This document shows, one piece after another, positions 48,040 through 60,600 of a stretch of 64,000 nucleotides of DNA. The position numbers were made by a program, and so were the translations under genes. A model generated the notes under the pieces. That model had not been told where the DNA came from. It did not search any database and saw only the letters and a list, made by a program, of their open reading frames with translations. Numbering within the stretch: the first letter of the stretch is position 1; each line of letters opens with the position of its first letter. Origin of the DNA: Myxine glutinosa (lineage: Eukaryota); assembly GCF_040869285.1 (NCBI RefSeq), contig NC_090432.1, one strand, 5' to 3'.

Positions 48040-48680
48040 ACTATAAGTTCAATTTTAAAATGGTGTTGTGGCCGAATCAGACTAATTAAAACCTGTTTTA
48101 CTAGAACGGTACTCGGTAGAGCGCATACCTCCACCAGGCTAAACAGTTTGTTTTGTATCCAACTGATAGGCCGGATCTGGATTCGGACCTGAACCAAAAT
48201 CTAATCAACTTGTTCTTGTCACCTAACCAAATCATCCACCGAGTTTAGTCATAAGTTGTCCATAACTTTTTTAAATATCATGTTATATAATCGCTTTTCG
48301 CCCGATCACTCAATGGTGAAGAATCACTTAAAAATTAAATAATTCTCATATCCGAAACCATATTCAGATCTTCACCAAAATCGAATCGATTCTTCCTTGT
48401 CAGACATCCAACCGGTCCACCAAGTTTAGTCCAAATCCGTCCACAACTTTTTAAGATATCCTACTATGTATCGTTTTTGGCCCTTTCTCCCAATGGTGAA
48501 GAATCACTTTGAAATTCTAGTAGCCGGATCAGGATCTTCACCAAACTCAAATCATTTCGTCCTTGTCACACACGCTACCTCTCTGCCAAATTTCGTCTGA
48601 ATCAGTCCACAACTTTTTTAGATATCTTGTTCACAGACAAACAAACAGACAGGGGTGTAAACATAACCTCCATCCACATT
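48040..48680 (+). mobile_element. Composite SINE-like repeat. A tRNA-like head (48040-48215: ...ctagaacggtactcggtagagcgcatacc...ggccggatctggattcggacc) is followed by three tandem ~165-bp body units (48190-48680).
   Basis: The head has an inverted paralogue at 13200-13340, beside the copy 1 LINE 5' end. The body unit recurs at 21925-22150. The ~165-bp periodicity is visible: atcttcaccaaa...ccaccaagttt...ccacaactttt...caatggtgaagaatcac. Confidence 0.5.
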
Positions 48681-48810
48681 TGACATTTTTCCATGATGAA
48701 GGTCGAACACTCAAACGTTGCTGAAGCCGGCTGTCCTATCTACTGCTTCTGCCGCCACAACGATGATATCTACAGTTGGCTCGTACCATCTGTCAGGTCG
48801 CATTACCTGC

Positions 48811-49125
48811 CGGTGTAGGAGGATAGAATCACTCCCCAGGATAAAATCACTCTAGAGTGGTTTTATCATAGGATGAAATCACTCCCCCTTGGATTTTAAC
48901 ACTCCCCCTTGGATTTTAACACTCCCCATTTGATTTGTACACTCCCTTACGATTTTAACACCCCCCCCCCTAGGATTTTATCACCCCCTGAGGAATTTAA
49001 CACCCCCCCTAAGATTTTAACACTCTCCATAGGATTTTAACACTCCCCTTGGGTTTTAACACTCCCCCTTGCAGGATCAAATGACTCCCCAGGATTCTAA
49101 CACTCCCCCTATATATTTTGTGATT
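48811..49125 (+). repeat. Tandem array of about 14 degenerate 20-bp units (GGATTTTAACACTCCCCCTT)
   Basis: Direct reading of the sequence. An inverted, shorter array of the complementary motif is at 53931-54030. Confidence 0.9.
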
Positions 49126-49404
49126 TAAACAATATTTATTGCATGGTAATTAGAAACAACCATGACAAAGTTAATGAATATGAACATAAAATGATCAATG
49201 AATTGATAAACAGCGCAGAATGACGTCCTTTGTAAACGTCTCTCCCTAAAAATAGAAATACAATGTTTTTCGCATCCCCGTGTTAAACTGGGCAAATCAA
49301 ATAAAGAAAAGTATAAATTTAACATTCAAATAACTATATATTTTGATATTAGAGCATTCGCAGTAATCGTTACGATACATTTACGATGTTTTATACTAAA
49401 AGGA

Positions 49405-51038
49405 TATTTTCATTTCAACATAATATGTCATTTTAAGTTACGTTCTATAACTTTACTGCACTTTTACGAAATATCAAATACGGGTTTTAAAATGTTACTC
49501 AAATGTTTGTATATTGGCAAAGGTGTGTTCAGGTACCGATAACCAGGAAACGAGCGCTTCTGAGCAGTTCCGAGAACTGGATATATGAATGTATAGTATA
49601 ATAATATTCACAAATTTCACAAAATAAAGTCTAATCTAATAGATTTAAGCGATGTTAAATGACGATGTCTGAACTCAACACCTACAATACTTATTGCATT
49701 TCCGTACTGTAAACGTCCCAATGTTTCAGTGCTCATTCCATTCATTTGTATTTCATTGACATATTCGCACTGCACATTTGTGGAAATAAATATTGTTTAA
49801 TCATTTCGATAAGAATCCAAGAATCGAACTAAGTATATTGGCCAGAGCACATGTAGTGTTCCCATGGGTGTACAAAATAGATCGTACTCATTGTGCTGTT
49901 ATTGAATCGAATGGATGCATTTTAAATGAGGTTACAAACCTTCTTGTGCGGCCATTTATATTCATGAATTTAAGTTATTTCCATGAATCAATGTGAGGGG
50001 TTTCATGGAATAAACTTTGACTTGACTGCACTTTGGCTATACAATGGACAGATCATGAATGTATGATATTCATCTTCCATGCATACACCATCATCCATGC
50101 ACTGAGATTTAATCCTTAATTGGATCGAGTATGATCCAGGGTAGACTGGGTCCACTTTTGCTACAAGTTAATTCGGATGTTTTGACAGTTTGCCGATCAC
50201 TTTATACTCATTGTCAATGATAACGTGAATTGCATGCTTCCTATATCTTTTGCTTACAAACTATACCATATCTTACAAACCATGATCATTGGCGAACTTG
50301 GTGTTCTTTCAGACAACATGAGTACGCGATTTCCTGGAGTGTTGTTCTCACAGTTAGTATCTCAATCGAGGTCTTGACAAGGGGGGGGGCGGGATATGTC
50401 TGTTGGAGAAGGGACGGGGGTATTTTCATCTGTAATTCTACATAAGTATGAAGCGGCTAATATTTATTCCACTCGATCTTCAATGATGGATTTCGACGCT
50501 ACACGCACGTTCCTCTCTACTCATGAATACCCTGCAATGCGCATTGGTGATCGTGGGAAGAAGTGAAACTTTCCACAGACAGCGGCAAACTTTACAGTCA
50601 TCAACTCAGAGTTGTTCTTCAAGCGCAAGACTACAAGAAACAAGGAAAAGCAAGGTAGGTCCGAGTTTACTGACTACTGATGGACGTCTTTACAAAAATA
50701 TTTGTACTCACGTGATTTTAAAACATTCAATCTCAGTTGAAGTACGTGTAGCTATAGTTTAAACAATGTTTAAAACTACTACAAAGCAAAAGTTTTTACT
50801 CACCGCTAAATTAATATTTCTTGTTTAATTAAATAAATCTCTCACAATGTTTTCAAATAACCTTTTAATTAAATTAAATTCACCAAAAGAGGATATTCTA
50901 AAATCGTTAACAATATATTCATGCTCCGAAATACCCTTCCCATGCATTCTGCAATGTAAATATTGAATCATTTGAAAACTGTGATGATCATAAATGAACT
51001 CATGTCTTCTTTTGTTGTATTGAAATAATGATGGGCTC
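49405..51038 (+). repeat. Left arm of a long inverted repeat (>=1.63 kb), reverse-complementary to 62365-64000. The arm probably extends leftwards beyond what the window can show.
   Basis: Reverse-complement alignment along the whole length at about 98% identity. Indels occur in poly-G (50380 vs 63006) and a 12-bp indel near 50590. The small ORFs are mirrored (49793..49996 vs 63410..63613, 50230..50445 vs 62949..63176, 50523..50762 vs 62641..62871, 50825..51040 vs 62342..62578). Confidence 0.9.
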
Positions 51039-51039
51039 A

Positions 51040-53790
51040 AATATAGTACATGTATTCAACAATTGAATATTAAGATCCGACAATATGCTGTTGTCTACCG
51101 TCCTCCCAAACCACACCCATCATTCCTGTCTGACTTCTCCTACTTTCTGACCCAGCTATGTTCCCTCTCCCCCTCAATCCTCCTCCTTGGTGATTTCAAT
51201 ATCCACATGGACTCCACTGACTCCACGCTAACCACTGACTTCACTGATTTACTCACCTGCTTTAACCTCACTCAACATGTCAACTTTCCTACCCATAACC
51301 GTGGTCACATTTTGGACCTTGTCTGCTCTACTGGACTAATTTTGCACCATCTCTCTGGCTCCGACCTCACTCTCTCTGACCACCTAGCCATCACTCTGAC
51401 CATCAACATCCCCACCCCAGCACCAAGGCATTATCGCACTATCAACTTCCGTAAGCTAAATGCTCTTTCACCTACCTCATTCTCATCGACCCTCTCTGAA
51501 AAAATGTCCACTTCTCCCTTCGTTGACCTCCACACCCCTTCTGACCTCACTGACTACTACAACCACACTCTCTCCTCCTGCCTTGACCAACTTGCGCCTA
51601 TAAAAACCAAAACAGTTTCTTTCACCCATTCTGCTCCCTGGTTTACCCCTGAACTCCGCCTGATGAAAACTCGTGCTCGCCAACTTGAAAGACTCCGCAA
51701 TAAAACAGGTCTCACAGTTCACTCCCAGGCCTACAAGGACCACATACAACACTATAAAGATGCCCTCTCCCGCGCCCGCTCCGCCTACTACTCTCAAATT
51801 ATCCACTCTGGCTCCGGAAACCCAAAAGCACTCTTCTCTACAATAAACAAACTCCTCAGCCCCCTGAACACCACCACCCAGTCATTCACAATAGACAACT
51901 GCATCTCCTTCCTTTCATTCTTCCAACGCAAAATTGAAAACATCTACAACAGCTTGACCACCGCCGCACCCGCTCCCCCTCAAACCACCTGCCCCCCCTT
52001 ATCCTGCCATCCCCTGTCTCAATTCTCCCCAGTCTCCCCTACTGACCTCTCTGAACTCCTCATCGGAATGAAAACTGCCACCTGCACTCTTGACCCCATC
52101 CCCTCCAGCTTTGTCAAGGCCTCCCTTCCTGCTCTCTCTCCACTTATCATTGCAACAATAAACTCCTCCCTGTCTACAGGCATCGTCCCACCATCCCTCA
52201 AAATTGCTGCTGTTACCCCCATTCTGAAAAAACCTGGTCTAAACCCCGACACCCTAAATAACTTCAGACCCATCTCCAACCTACCCTTTCTGTCAAAGGT
52301 TTTGGAACGCGCTGTAGCCACTCAACTCAAACATCACCTCTCTGCCAATAACCTGTATGAAACATTCCAATCCGGATTCCGCTCCAACCACAGTACTGAA
52401 ACTGCTCTCCTCAAAATCACCAACGACCTTCTCCTCTCCTCTGACGCTGGCAACCTCAACATTCTCATCCTCCTCGACCTCAGCGCCGCCTTTGACACCA
52501 TCGATCACACCATCCTCCTCACCCGACTTGAAACCACCTTTAACATTACAGGCACTGCCCTCTCTTGGATTAAATCATACCTCTCTGACAGACGTCAGTT
52601 CATCTCCATCAATAACTGCAAATCCCCTACTGCTCCCCTCCCCCAAGGTGTCCCCCAAGGTTCAGTTCTTGGCCCCCTCCTCTTCATCCTTTACCTGTCC
52701 CCCCTCGGTCACTTAATCCGCCGTCATGGTCTCCAATTCCACTGCTTCGCCGATGACATCCAGCTTTTCATCTCCACCAAGTCCATCTCCACTGCCACCC
52801 ACTCTATCCTGACAAACTGCATCACTGAAATAAAATCCTGGCTTCAAATCAACTTCCTCAAACTTAACTGTGATAAATCTGAAATAATCATCATTGGCCC
52901 AAAAACGCTCACCAAGTCCACCCATAACTTTGCCCTCAACATCGACGGTTTCCCAGTATCCACCTCCCCTCACATCCGGAATCTTGGCATCATCTTTGAC
53001 CAAACCCTCTCCTTCGACAAATACACTAAACAGATCACAAAGACAGCCTTCTTTCACCTGAAAAACATCGCCCGTCTCCGTCCATCCCTCTCCTCCGTGG
53101 CTGCAGAAACCCTCATCCACGCCTTCATCACTTCCCGTCTGGACTACTGCAATAGCCTCCTTTATGGTTCACCCTCAACAATCACCAATAAACTCCAATA
53201 CATTCAGAACTCCGCTGCCCGTCTACTCACCCATTCCCGGACCCGTGACCACATCACCCCCGTCCTTTACAAGCTTCACTGGCTCCCCATCTCCCAGAGA
53301 ATCCAGTACAAAATCCTCCTCTTGACCTACAAAGCCCTCCATAACCTGGCCCCATCCTACCTGGCTGACCTCCTCTCCAGACACACTCCCACCCGCAACC
53401 TCCGCTCTGCTGGTACCAACCTCCTGACCCCCCCCATCCGGACCAAATTTAGATCCTGGGGGGACAGGGCCTTCTCCATCGCTGCTCCCACCCTCTGGAA
53501 CTCGCTACCTCACACCATCAGAGACTCCTCCTCACTCACCACATTCAAAACATCACTCAAGACCCACCTGTTCAACACTGCATTCAACATTTAACCCACA
53601 GCATCTAACCCCTGACTATCTCCTCTCCTTCTCCCTCCTTTGTGCTTTGAATATTTCCCTATTGATTCTTCTTTTTTTGCAATTGTTTTTATGTTTTGCT
53701 ATGCATTATGTTTTGCACTCTGTCAAAGCGTCTTTGGGCTTCCTGAAAAGCGCTATATAAAATAAATGCATTATTATTATTATTATTATG
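51040..53790 (+). mobile_element. L2-clade non-LTR retrotransposon, 5'-truncated within the endonuclease. It has an 843-aa ORF and ends in an (ATT)6 microsatellite tail. It abuts the inner end of the left inverted-repeat arm.
   Basis: The ORF 51063..53594 has the endonuclease end (LLGDFNIHMD), reverse-transcriptase motifs (FRPISNLPFLSKVLERAV, FQSGFRSNHSTETAL, LLDLSAAFDTIDH, GVPQGSVLGPLLF, CFADDIQLFI) and the L2-type C-terminus (LDYCNSLLYG...LQYIQNSAARLL...PVLYKLHWLPI). The 3'UTR reads gtcaaagcgtctttgggcttcctgaaaagcgctatataaaataaatg. Confidence 0.85.
51063..53594 (+). CDS. L2-clade reverse-transcriptase ORF (843 aa, N-terminally truncated endonuclease)
   Basis: See the motifs listed for the element. 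Confidence 0.85.
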   Translation: MNIKIRQYAVVYRPPKPHPSFLSDFSYFLTQLCSLSPSILLLGDFNIHMDSTDSTLTTDFTDLLTCFNLTQHVNFPTHNRGHILDLVCSTGLILHHLSGSDLTLSDHLAITLTINIPTPAPRHYRTINFRKLNALSPTSFSSTLSEKMSTSPFVDLHTPSDLTDYYNHTLSSCLDQLAPIKTKTVSFTHSAPWFTPELRLMKTRARQLERLRNKTGLTVHSQAYKDHIQHYKDALSRARSAYYSQIIHSGSGNPKALFSTINKLLSPLNTTTQSFTIDNCISFLSFFQRKIENIYNSLTTAAPAPPQTTCPPLSCHPLSQFSPVSPTDLSELLIGMKTATCTLDPIPSSFVKASLPALSPLIIATINSSLSTGIVPPSLKIAAVTPILKKPGLNPDTLNNFRPISNLPFLSKVLERAVATQLKHHLSANNLYETFQSGFRSNHSTETALLKITNDLLLSSDAGNLNILILLDLSAAFDTIDHTILLTRLETTFNITGTALSWIKSYLSDRRQFISINNCKSPTAPLPQGVPQGSVLGPLLFILYLSPLGHLIRRHGLQFHCFADDIQLFISTKSISTATHSILTNCITEIKSWLQINFLKLNCDKSEIIIIGPKTLTKSTHNFALNIDGFPVSTSPHIRNLGIIFDQTLSFDKYTKQITKTAFFHLKNIARLRPSLSSVAAETLIHAFITSRLDYCNSLLYGSPSTITNKLQYIQNSAARLLTHSRTRDHITPVLYKLHWLPISQRIQYKILLLTYKALHNLAPSYLADLLSRHTPTRNLRSAGTNLLTPPIRTKFRSWGDRAFSIAAPTLWNSLPHTIRDSSSLTTFKTSLKTHLFNTAFNI

Positions 53791-53930
53791 ATGCACATGC
53801 TCATACCGTATATATACACTAGAATACATAGTAACAGCTCTGTTGATCATTGTAACGATATCTAACATCCTGAGTTATATTTCCAAAGTAACTAAATATA
53901 TCTTTCCATTCTTTCTGGGGGATTGACTTT

Positions 53931-54030
53931 ATCCTAAAGGGGAGTGCTTTGATGCTGGAGGGAGTGTGTTGATCCTGACAGGGGGAGTGATTCTGTCCCA
54001 GGATAATTACACTCGAGAGTGTGCCAGTCC
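53931..54030 (-). repeat. Short inverted array of the 20-bp motif (GGGAGTG...GATCCT units), in the opposite orientation to 48811-49125
   Basis: gggagtgctttgatgctggagggagtgtgttgatcctgacagggggagtgattctgtcccagg. Confidence 0.6.
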
Positions 54031-54660
54031 TCGGATTAGTTCACTCGAGAGTGAGATTTTAGGGGAGTGAGAGAATCCTGCTACAGCGGCACAATTGTCC
54101 TATGTGACTGCAGGGCCATTTAGCACCCGGTGCTCCCCAATAGCCCAGGTGGCCTTTCCACAACTGGAAATTTTAAAATTGCCTGGAGGACCCACAACAA
54201 TCCACAAAAGGGCCCATTGGACTATGGGATGTCTGCTCGTATCGTTCAGTCTTGTGGTCCACTCATGGGGGGGAGATGAAATTTGGTTTAAAGTGAAGCT
54301 AATATATGTGTCATCACTATTATACCTTATCCCACATCCAGAAGTTGCACATTCGCGAAGGGTGCGGGCTCAAAGTTTTGGGGGTAAACAAGGAATTAAG
54401 GGCATCGTTACTTCAGACCAAAATGTTGTTTTTCTACTTGTGTGCTCTGTATGTATTTAACCATTTTTAAAATATTAAATATGCAACTGGTGTATTTTTA
54501 TTATAAATATACACATCTGGGTAATAGAAAAATGTAATGTGCACAAAAAAATAATGACCTGATAAGAAAGGAACTATCAAAGTTGGTATAATTTTATATA
54601 AAATGTGTTCTGGACTATTTTGATGTAGAGTGTAATGTTGTGTGATGTAAATATGATGGT
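54031..54660 (+). repeat. Left arm of the inner inverted repeat (about 630 bp), reverse-complementary to 56990-57640
   Basis: Reverse-complement alignment, for example 54300-54420 (aatatatgtgtcatcactattataccttatcccacatccagaagttgcacattcgcgaagggtg) against 57290-57360, and the ends cactcgagagtgagattttaggggagtgagagaatcctgctac against gtagcaggattctctcactccccgaaaatctcactctcgagtg. Confidence 0.9.
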
Positions 54661-55739
54661 AGACTCAACAGATATAGTCGGTTGACAGTTATCTACATGG
54701 TATTTGTATTTTATTCAGGAGTTACTATGCTTGTGACTCGACTCGTACATAGTTTGGAAACATGTGGAGAAACTTTGTATTTGAAAGTTTGATTACACAG
54801 GTTTCCTGGTATAACAGAATAATTAGGGCTCTAATGTATCGGCATTACAATTGAATTCTCCTCGTATCAATTGAACATGTTATGATTTGTATTTATATTA
54901 ACATTTACAATATTAATATTTTCTTGTTATAGTCAATCAATTCATGATTTGTATAATACATTTACATGAAGAGTGATTTTCTTGCTGTAAAGTCAATCAA
55001 TAAACTTGAATTGATAAATGAATCAATGACTTGAATAACATTCTTTCTTTCTTTTTTTTTACAGTTTTTACAATTCATCATTTGTATGTACATCTACTAG
55101 AGAAGTAAAATTTGGAAATCAGAAATCCATAAAATCTGAAATCTGGCTATCAATATCTCATTGATCCACAAAAAAAAAATACAATCTGGCGTCTCGACTT
55201 TTGTTAAAAATAAATGAAATATTTACAAAATGTATACATGTACCTGATCCGTCATACATGTAGAAGAGTGAATACATTTACAAAACTTTGTCATGTATGA
55301 CTATGAATTGTCAATGTACATGTGGGGTTTGGATAACATTTTGACAATGACCATAACTCAAAACCCCCTGACCTACATATGTTACAAATTTACCTCAATT
55401 TTAGAATTCCTTGCATCACCTCCCATTACATGTGGTGATGTAGATCCATGTCTACTGTTTAAAAAATCCAAACATTTGCTTTTAAGGTGCATTTCATGAT
55501 TCTAGCATCATCTTTGATGTATGGTTCAGTAGATATCCAGGAAAATGGCTTATTTCCTAAAATTCAGTTGATTCAAACATTGAATTTGAATTACTACAGT
55601 TAAATTAAGTGCCTCATAGGCCACTGCAGTGTGTTGCAATTTCTGTCTGCCCACAGACATTCCCTTTACACAAAACATTTTGGAAAACTTAATATGTATT
55701 TTGGCTGTATCAAGAATGTAGATAAATCGAGCAAGGAAC

Positions 55740-56075
55740 TTAATGTGCACCTGAAAAATTGGGCGTAGCTCCGCTGTGCGACAGCTTTTTAAAAAAGCTG
55801 TCAGAAAACTAACAGGTCTTGGGTGTAAAAGGATGCACAGAAGGTAACAAGAAAATGTATGCACTGCTAAAATTGGACATGGCTCTGCTGTGCAACAGGT
55901 TTTTAAACGAAAAATTTAAGAAAACTAATACATTCAATGTCGTGATTCAATAAATGCATTTGATTTTACCTGTATTTTGACGCACACACCTGACAAGTAG
56001 GTGCAAGAAAATGATTTAATAATGTTAAATGTGCCCCTGAAAAATCGGGCGTAGCTCCGCTGCATGACAGAGTTC
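55740..56075. repeat. Three dispersed copies of a ~40-bp motif (TGCACCTGAAAAATTGGGCGTAGCTCCGCTGTGCGACAG) at 55745, 55861 and 56031, within the core between the inner inverted-repeat arms
   Basis: Direct reading of the sequence. Confidence 0.7.
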
Positions 56076-56989
56076 AAACCATGAGATTTTCTTGTGTACA
56101 AACATGATAATACAGATAACATATTGATCACGGACGAGCAAGCTTTACTACTACTACTAGTCATGCTATTTATGAAAGAGCTGGTTGAACATGTTCACAT
56201 GGATTCGATCACATCAACACATGTGCAGTATTATCTGCCGATGTTTATGGCATTATTGTACAAGGATATCAACGTAGGTGCAAAATATTTATCTTCTTGC
56301 TTTTGTTTTGCAACCAAGCCCCGTTTCTGCTTCGAAGAATCGGTAAAATACTGGTAGCATCGCCGATGAAATCCAGCGTCTTCGGGTGTAGGAACGTTAA
56401 TGTAGCCGCCATGTTCTTGCACAAAACATGGATATTTCAGCCCGATTTCCGACTAGATTTTGCCAAATATGAACACTACATAAAAATGAAGCCCACAAAG
56501 ATTCGATGAAGGGTCTTATATCTTCATCAGCAACACCAAATCGTTGCAAATACACTTTAAATTGAGAGAAATTCTCTCCCTTTCCGCAGCCATCATGCCA
56601 CTTACGACACATAATTACATGCGATCAGCTGTTTGTGGACGTCGGACGTGACCCAAAAAATCGCGGTTTACGTAAATCGGCAATGAAATGCCAATAGCTG
56701 CCTTTGCCGTCGTCTTCCCAAACAGCGTTCCTTATTAGATAAACAAGAAGACGCTGCCGAAGACGTTACTTAAATAATATCTCATTGGATGAAAGCTTGC
56801 AGGTCGTTCAATACTATTTAGAATTGTAAGTCGCTTATATTTCACGAATTGCGCTAAAATGTGCACATTATATTCACGGGATAAGGTAAAATAGGTAATT
56901 TCTTAATTATTTCTTAATTTTAAACTGTTTTTTATGTCCCCCCCCCGAACTGGACCACAAGACTGAACGACACGGGCGGACATCCCATA

Positions 56990-57640
56990 GTCCATACCGT
57001 CATATTTACATCACACAACATTACACTCTACATCAAAATAGTCCAGAACACATTTTATATAAAATTATACCAACTTTGATAGTTCCTTTCTCATCAGGTC
57101 ATTATTTTTTTGTGCACATTACGTTTTTCTATTACCCAGATGTGTATTTATAATAAAAATACACCAGTTGCATATTTAATATTTTTAAAATGGTTAAATA
57201 CATACAGAGCACACAAGTAGAAAAACAACATTTTGGTCTGAAGTGACGATGCATGCCCTTAATTCCTTGTTTACCCCCAAAACTTTGAGCCCACACCCTT
57301 CGCGAATGTGCAACTTCTGGATGTGGGATAAGGTATAATAGTGATGACATATATTAGCTTCACTTTAAACCAAATTTAATCTTCCCCCCATGAGTGGACC
57401 ACAAGACTGAACGATACGAGCGCACATCCCATAGTCCAATGGGCCCTTTTGTGCATTGTTGTGGGTCATCCAGGCAATTTTAAAATTTTCAGTTGTGGAA
57501 AGGCCACCTGGGCCATTGGGGAGCACCGGGTGCTAAATGGCCCTGCAGTCACATCGGACAATTGTGCCGGTGTAGCAGGATTCTCTCACTCCCCGAAAAT
57601 CTCACTCTCGAGTGAACTAGAGTATTTGAACTCGAGAGTG
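56990..57640 (-). repeat. Right arm of the inner inverted repeat
   Basis: See 54031-54660. Confidence 0.9.
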
Positions 57641-57689
57641 AACCAGCAGTCGAGTCGAGTATTTCGTGCCGCGCGGCCTAGTTGTTGAA

Positions 57690-60600
57690 GCTTCCTACCT
57701 TGAAGCTTGGTTCTCTCCAGGCATCCAAAGTGAAGTTATTTTTCCATTTGTGTGTTTGTCAAATTTCAACTCGTTATTTTATCGTCTATGCGTTATTGTT
57801 TGTTTATAGTTAGTTTTGGTTTGAATTTCCTGTAACTCGTAATAAATTAATCGTGTTCTGTTTGCTCCGCATGTGCGGCCTTGTACCCTGAGGCTACCCC
57901 CGTCGGTGGTTGTTAACTTAAGTTCCCTACTTCTTGTTTTGCTTGGTTCTTAGATGTTTCCCTTCTCCCCCAAACATCTACTCTTTGTCTAACGTTTTAA
58001 ATCCCACCCCCCCCCCCCCCCCCACCCAAAAAAAAAACCAAGAAAAAAAAACCAAAAACATTTATTTTCCTTTCTCCACGTGTGCTGTTGTCTCATCGTG
58101 TACTTCTGTCCACGTGTGCTGTTCGCCCCGCCCCCATTATCTCCTTGCCATCCACCTTTTGCCCTGTTCACGTGACTCGTGGTTGTCCCTCTCGGCCCTC
58201 TCCCCGTTGGTATTTTGTGAATATAAGATTGTTCTTCACGGTTCTGTTTAAATATCATTTAAATATGTTTAAACTTTCCCCAGCAGTTTTATTCAGTGGT
58301 TTATTACAACACGCTGTTTTTCTTCCTATTTAAAAGGCTCTTTTGAATTTCCTCTCCAACTCACTCCACTTCAAAAAAAATAATTCAATCTCTTATACTT
58401 CTCCCTCACTACATGCTCTAAATTCTCATTCATTCCACCCCTCCTCCATCGTTCTTAATCAGATCGCTAACTTGAAAATCACAATAAACCCAATTTGTTA
58501 CCAATGTTCGTCTTTCATTAATCATCCACTTTCTAAACTCCCCTCTTGCCCCTCCCCTCCAAATCCCCCCCTTGCCCCTACACTCCTAAACTCCCCCCTC
58601 CCCCCTTGCCCCTCCCCTCCTAAACTCCCCCCAACCCCTCCCCTTCAAATCTCCTCCCATACCATTCCTCTCCAATTCTCCCTCCTCCCCCCTCCTCCTC
58701 AAAGCCGCCTCCTCCCCACTTTGTCTCCCTTCTATCTCATACCTCCACCTCCCCCAACCTTCTACTTTCCTCTGCCACCCCCCCCCCCCTCAAACAACCC
58801 TCACTGTGCCTCATCCCATCACCATCAAACCTTTCGTCCTCATCCTTCCCTTTCTTGTAACTCTTCTGTAATCTCTGACACACTACCAACTGCTCTCCCT
58901 ACCTCTCCCTCTCATCCTTCATCTTACCCTACCCCTCCCCTACACTGTCCTGTACCCGATGCTCCCCCTCTCTCTTCATTAACGGTATGAACCTCAAACA
59001 TCCGGGGCCTTCGCTCAAACCTGACTGATCTCTCCATACAGGTTGCTTCTGACAATCCAGACTTGATCTGCTTAACAGAAACTTTCCTCCTTCAAGATGT
59101 CTCTGATTCCTTAATATCTCTTCCTGGTTACTCCCTCCTCCAGTATGATAGACCTGAGCCTCGTCCTGGTGGTGGGGTTGCTATCCTTATCAAAAACTCT
59201 TCCTCACTCTCCTGTCACTGCCCTCTCTCCACCTCACCCCCAGGAGTACCTCTGGCTACGGCTTCTTCTCCGCTCCCACCTTTTGTTCATATGTGTTCTG
59301 TACCGTCCTCCAAACAGTGATGACTCCATTTACATTTCACTGTCTGACAACATGGACCAACTTCTATCAACTCATTCCAACTCTCTCTTCCTCATATGTG
59401 GCGACTTCGACTGTCATCATGCCAGCTGGCTGGGTGTGCGTTCCTCTCTCACCAGTCATGGCACCTCAGCAAAGGACTTCTGTGACTCACTGGGATTGAC
59501 ACAAACTGTCAATTTCCCGACCTGGATCTCAGCCAATGGAGTATCTTCTCTTCTCGACTTGGTGATGACAAACTTCCCTGTAAATGTCTGCTGCTCTTCT
59601 TCTGCTCCAATCGGTTCTTCTGATCATGTGCTTGTTAAAATGGACATCTCTCTGGCCATTCTCAGAGAGCCTCCTCAGCGTCGACGAGCCTGGCATTTCA
59701 TTCAGACCGACTGGCACGGTCTTCAAGCAGCCATCAATCATCTGGACTGGTCTCCCAACTACTGCCTCTGACATCAATTCTTCCTGGGAATTCTTCCAAA
59801 GCAAACTGCTCTCTCTCATGCACAGATTTATCCCATCTCGTCTTCAGTTGTCTTACCCTTCCTCCCGTCCATGGTACACTGAATCTTGTGGTGAGGCAGT
59901 TGCCTTGAAACAACTTGCCTTTGCCTCTTGGAAGGCTAATCCAACTGAAGGCAATCTCAGTTCCTTCCACCAAGCTCGGAACAAGTGTGTGTCTACCCTC
60001 AGGAGAGCCAGGAAACAATATCTCTCCGTTCTCAAGACCGAACTCTCTTATCTGTCTCCCTCTTCCAAATCCTGGTGGCGTCTGGTCAAATCCGTTTCTG
60101 GTGTTTGCTCCCCCTCCATCCCCTCCCTCACCTCAAATGGCTACACAGTCGACACCGCACGTGACAAAGCCGAATGCCTAAACTCTGTGTTTGCCTCAAA
60201 ATATTGTGTCCCAAACCCATCTCTCTCTGTTCCCACCTTACCCAGTCGAACCCAACTGCTCCTGGACTCTGTCCTTCTCTCCTGACAAGGTGGAGAAGTT
60301 TTTGTCAAACCTCGACTCTGATTCTGCAACTGGACCAGATGGCATCAGCCCACGGGTCCTAAAATCCTGCTCTGCCGCTCTATCTCACCCTCTCTCTGTT
60401 CTTTTCACCCTCTCTTTTGCTCAAGGTCATCTGCCATCTGCTTGGAAATCAGCAAACATAACCGCTTTACACAAAAAATGTGCAAAAACAGATCCTTGCA
60501 ACTGCAGACCAATCAGCCTGCTCCCAATTATCAGCAAAGTCATGGAATCCATCATTGCTTCGGATATCAAATCCTTCCTCTTCTCCAATGGCTTGATCTC

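Noticed and set aside
52019-53120. Minus-strand ORFs of 71-135 aa inside the L2 element
   Set aside because: They are antisense to the well-supported L2 reverse-transcriptase ORF and have low-complexity composition.
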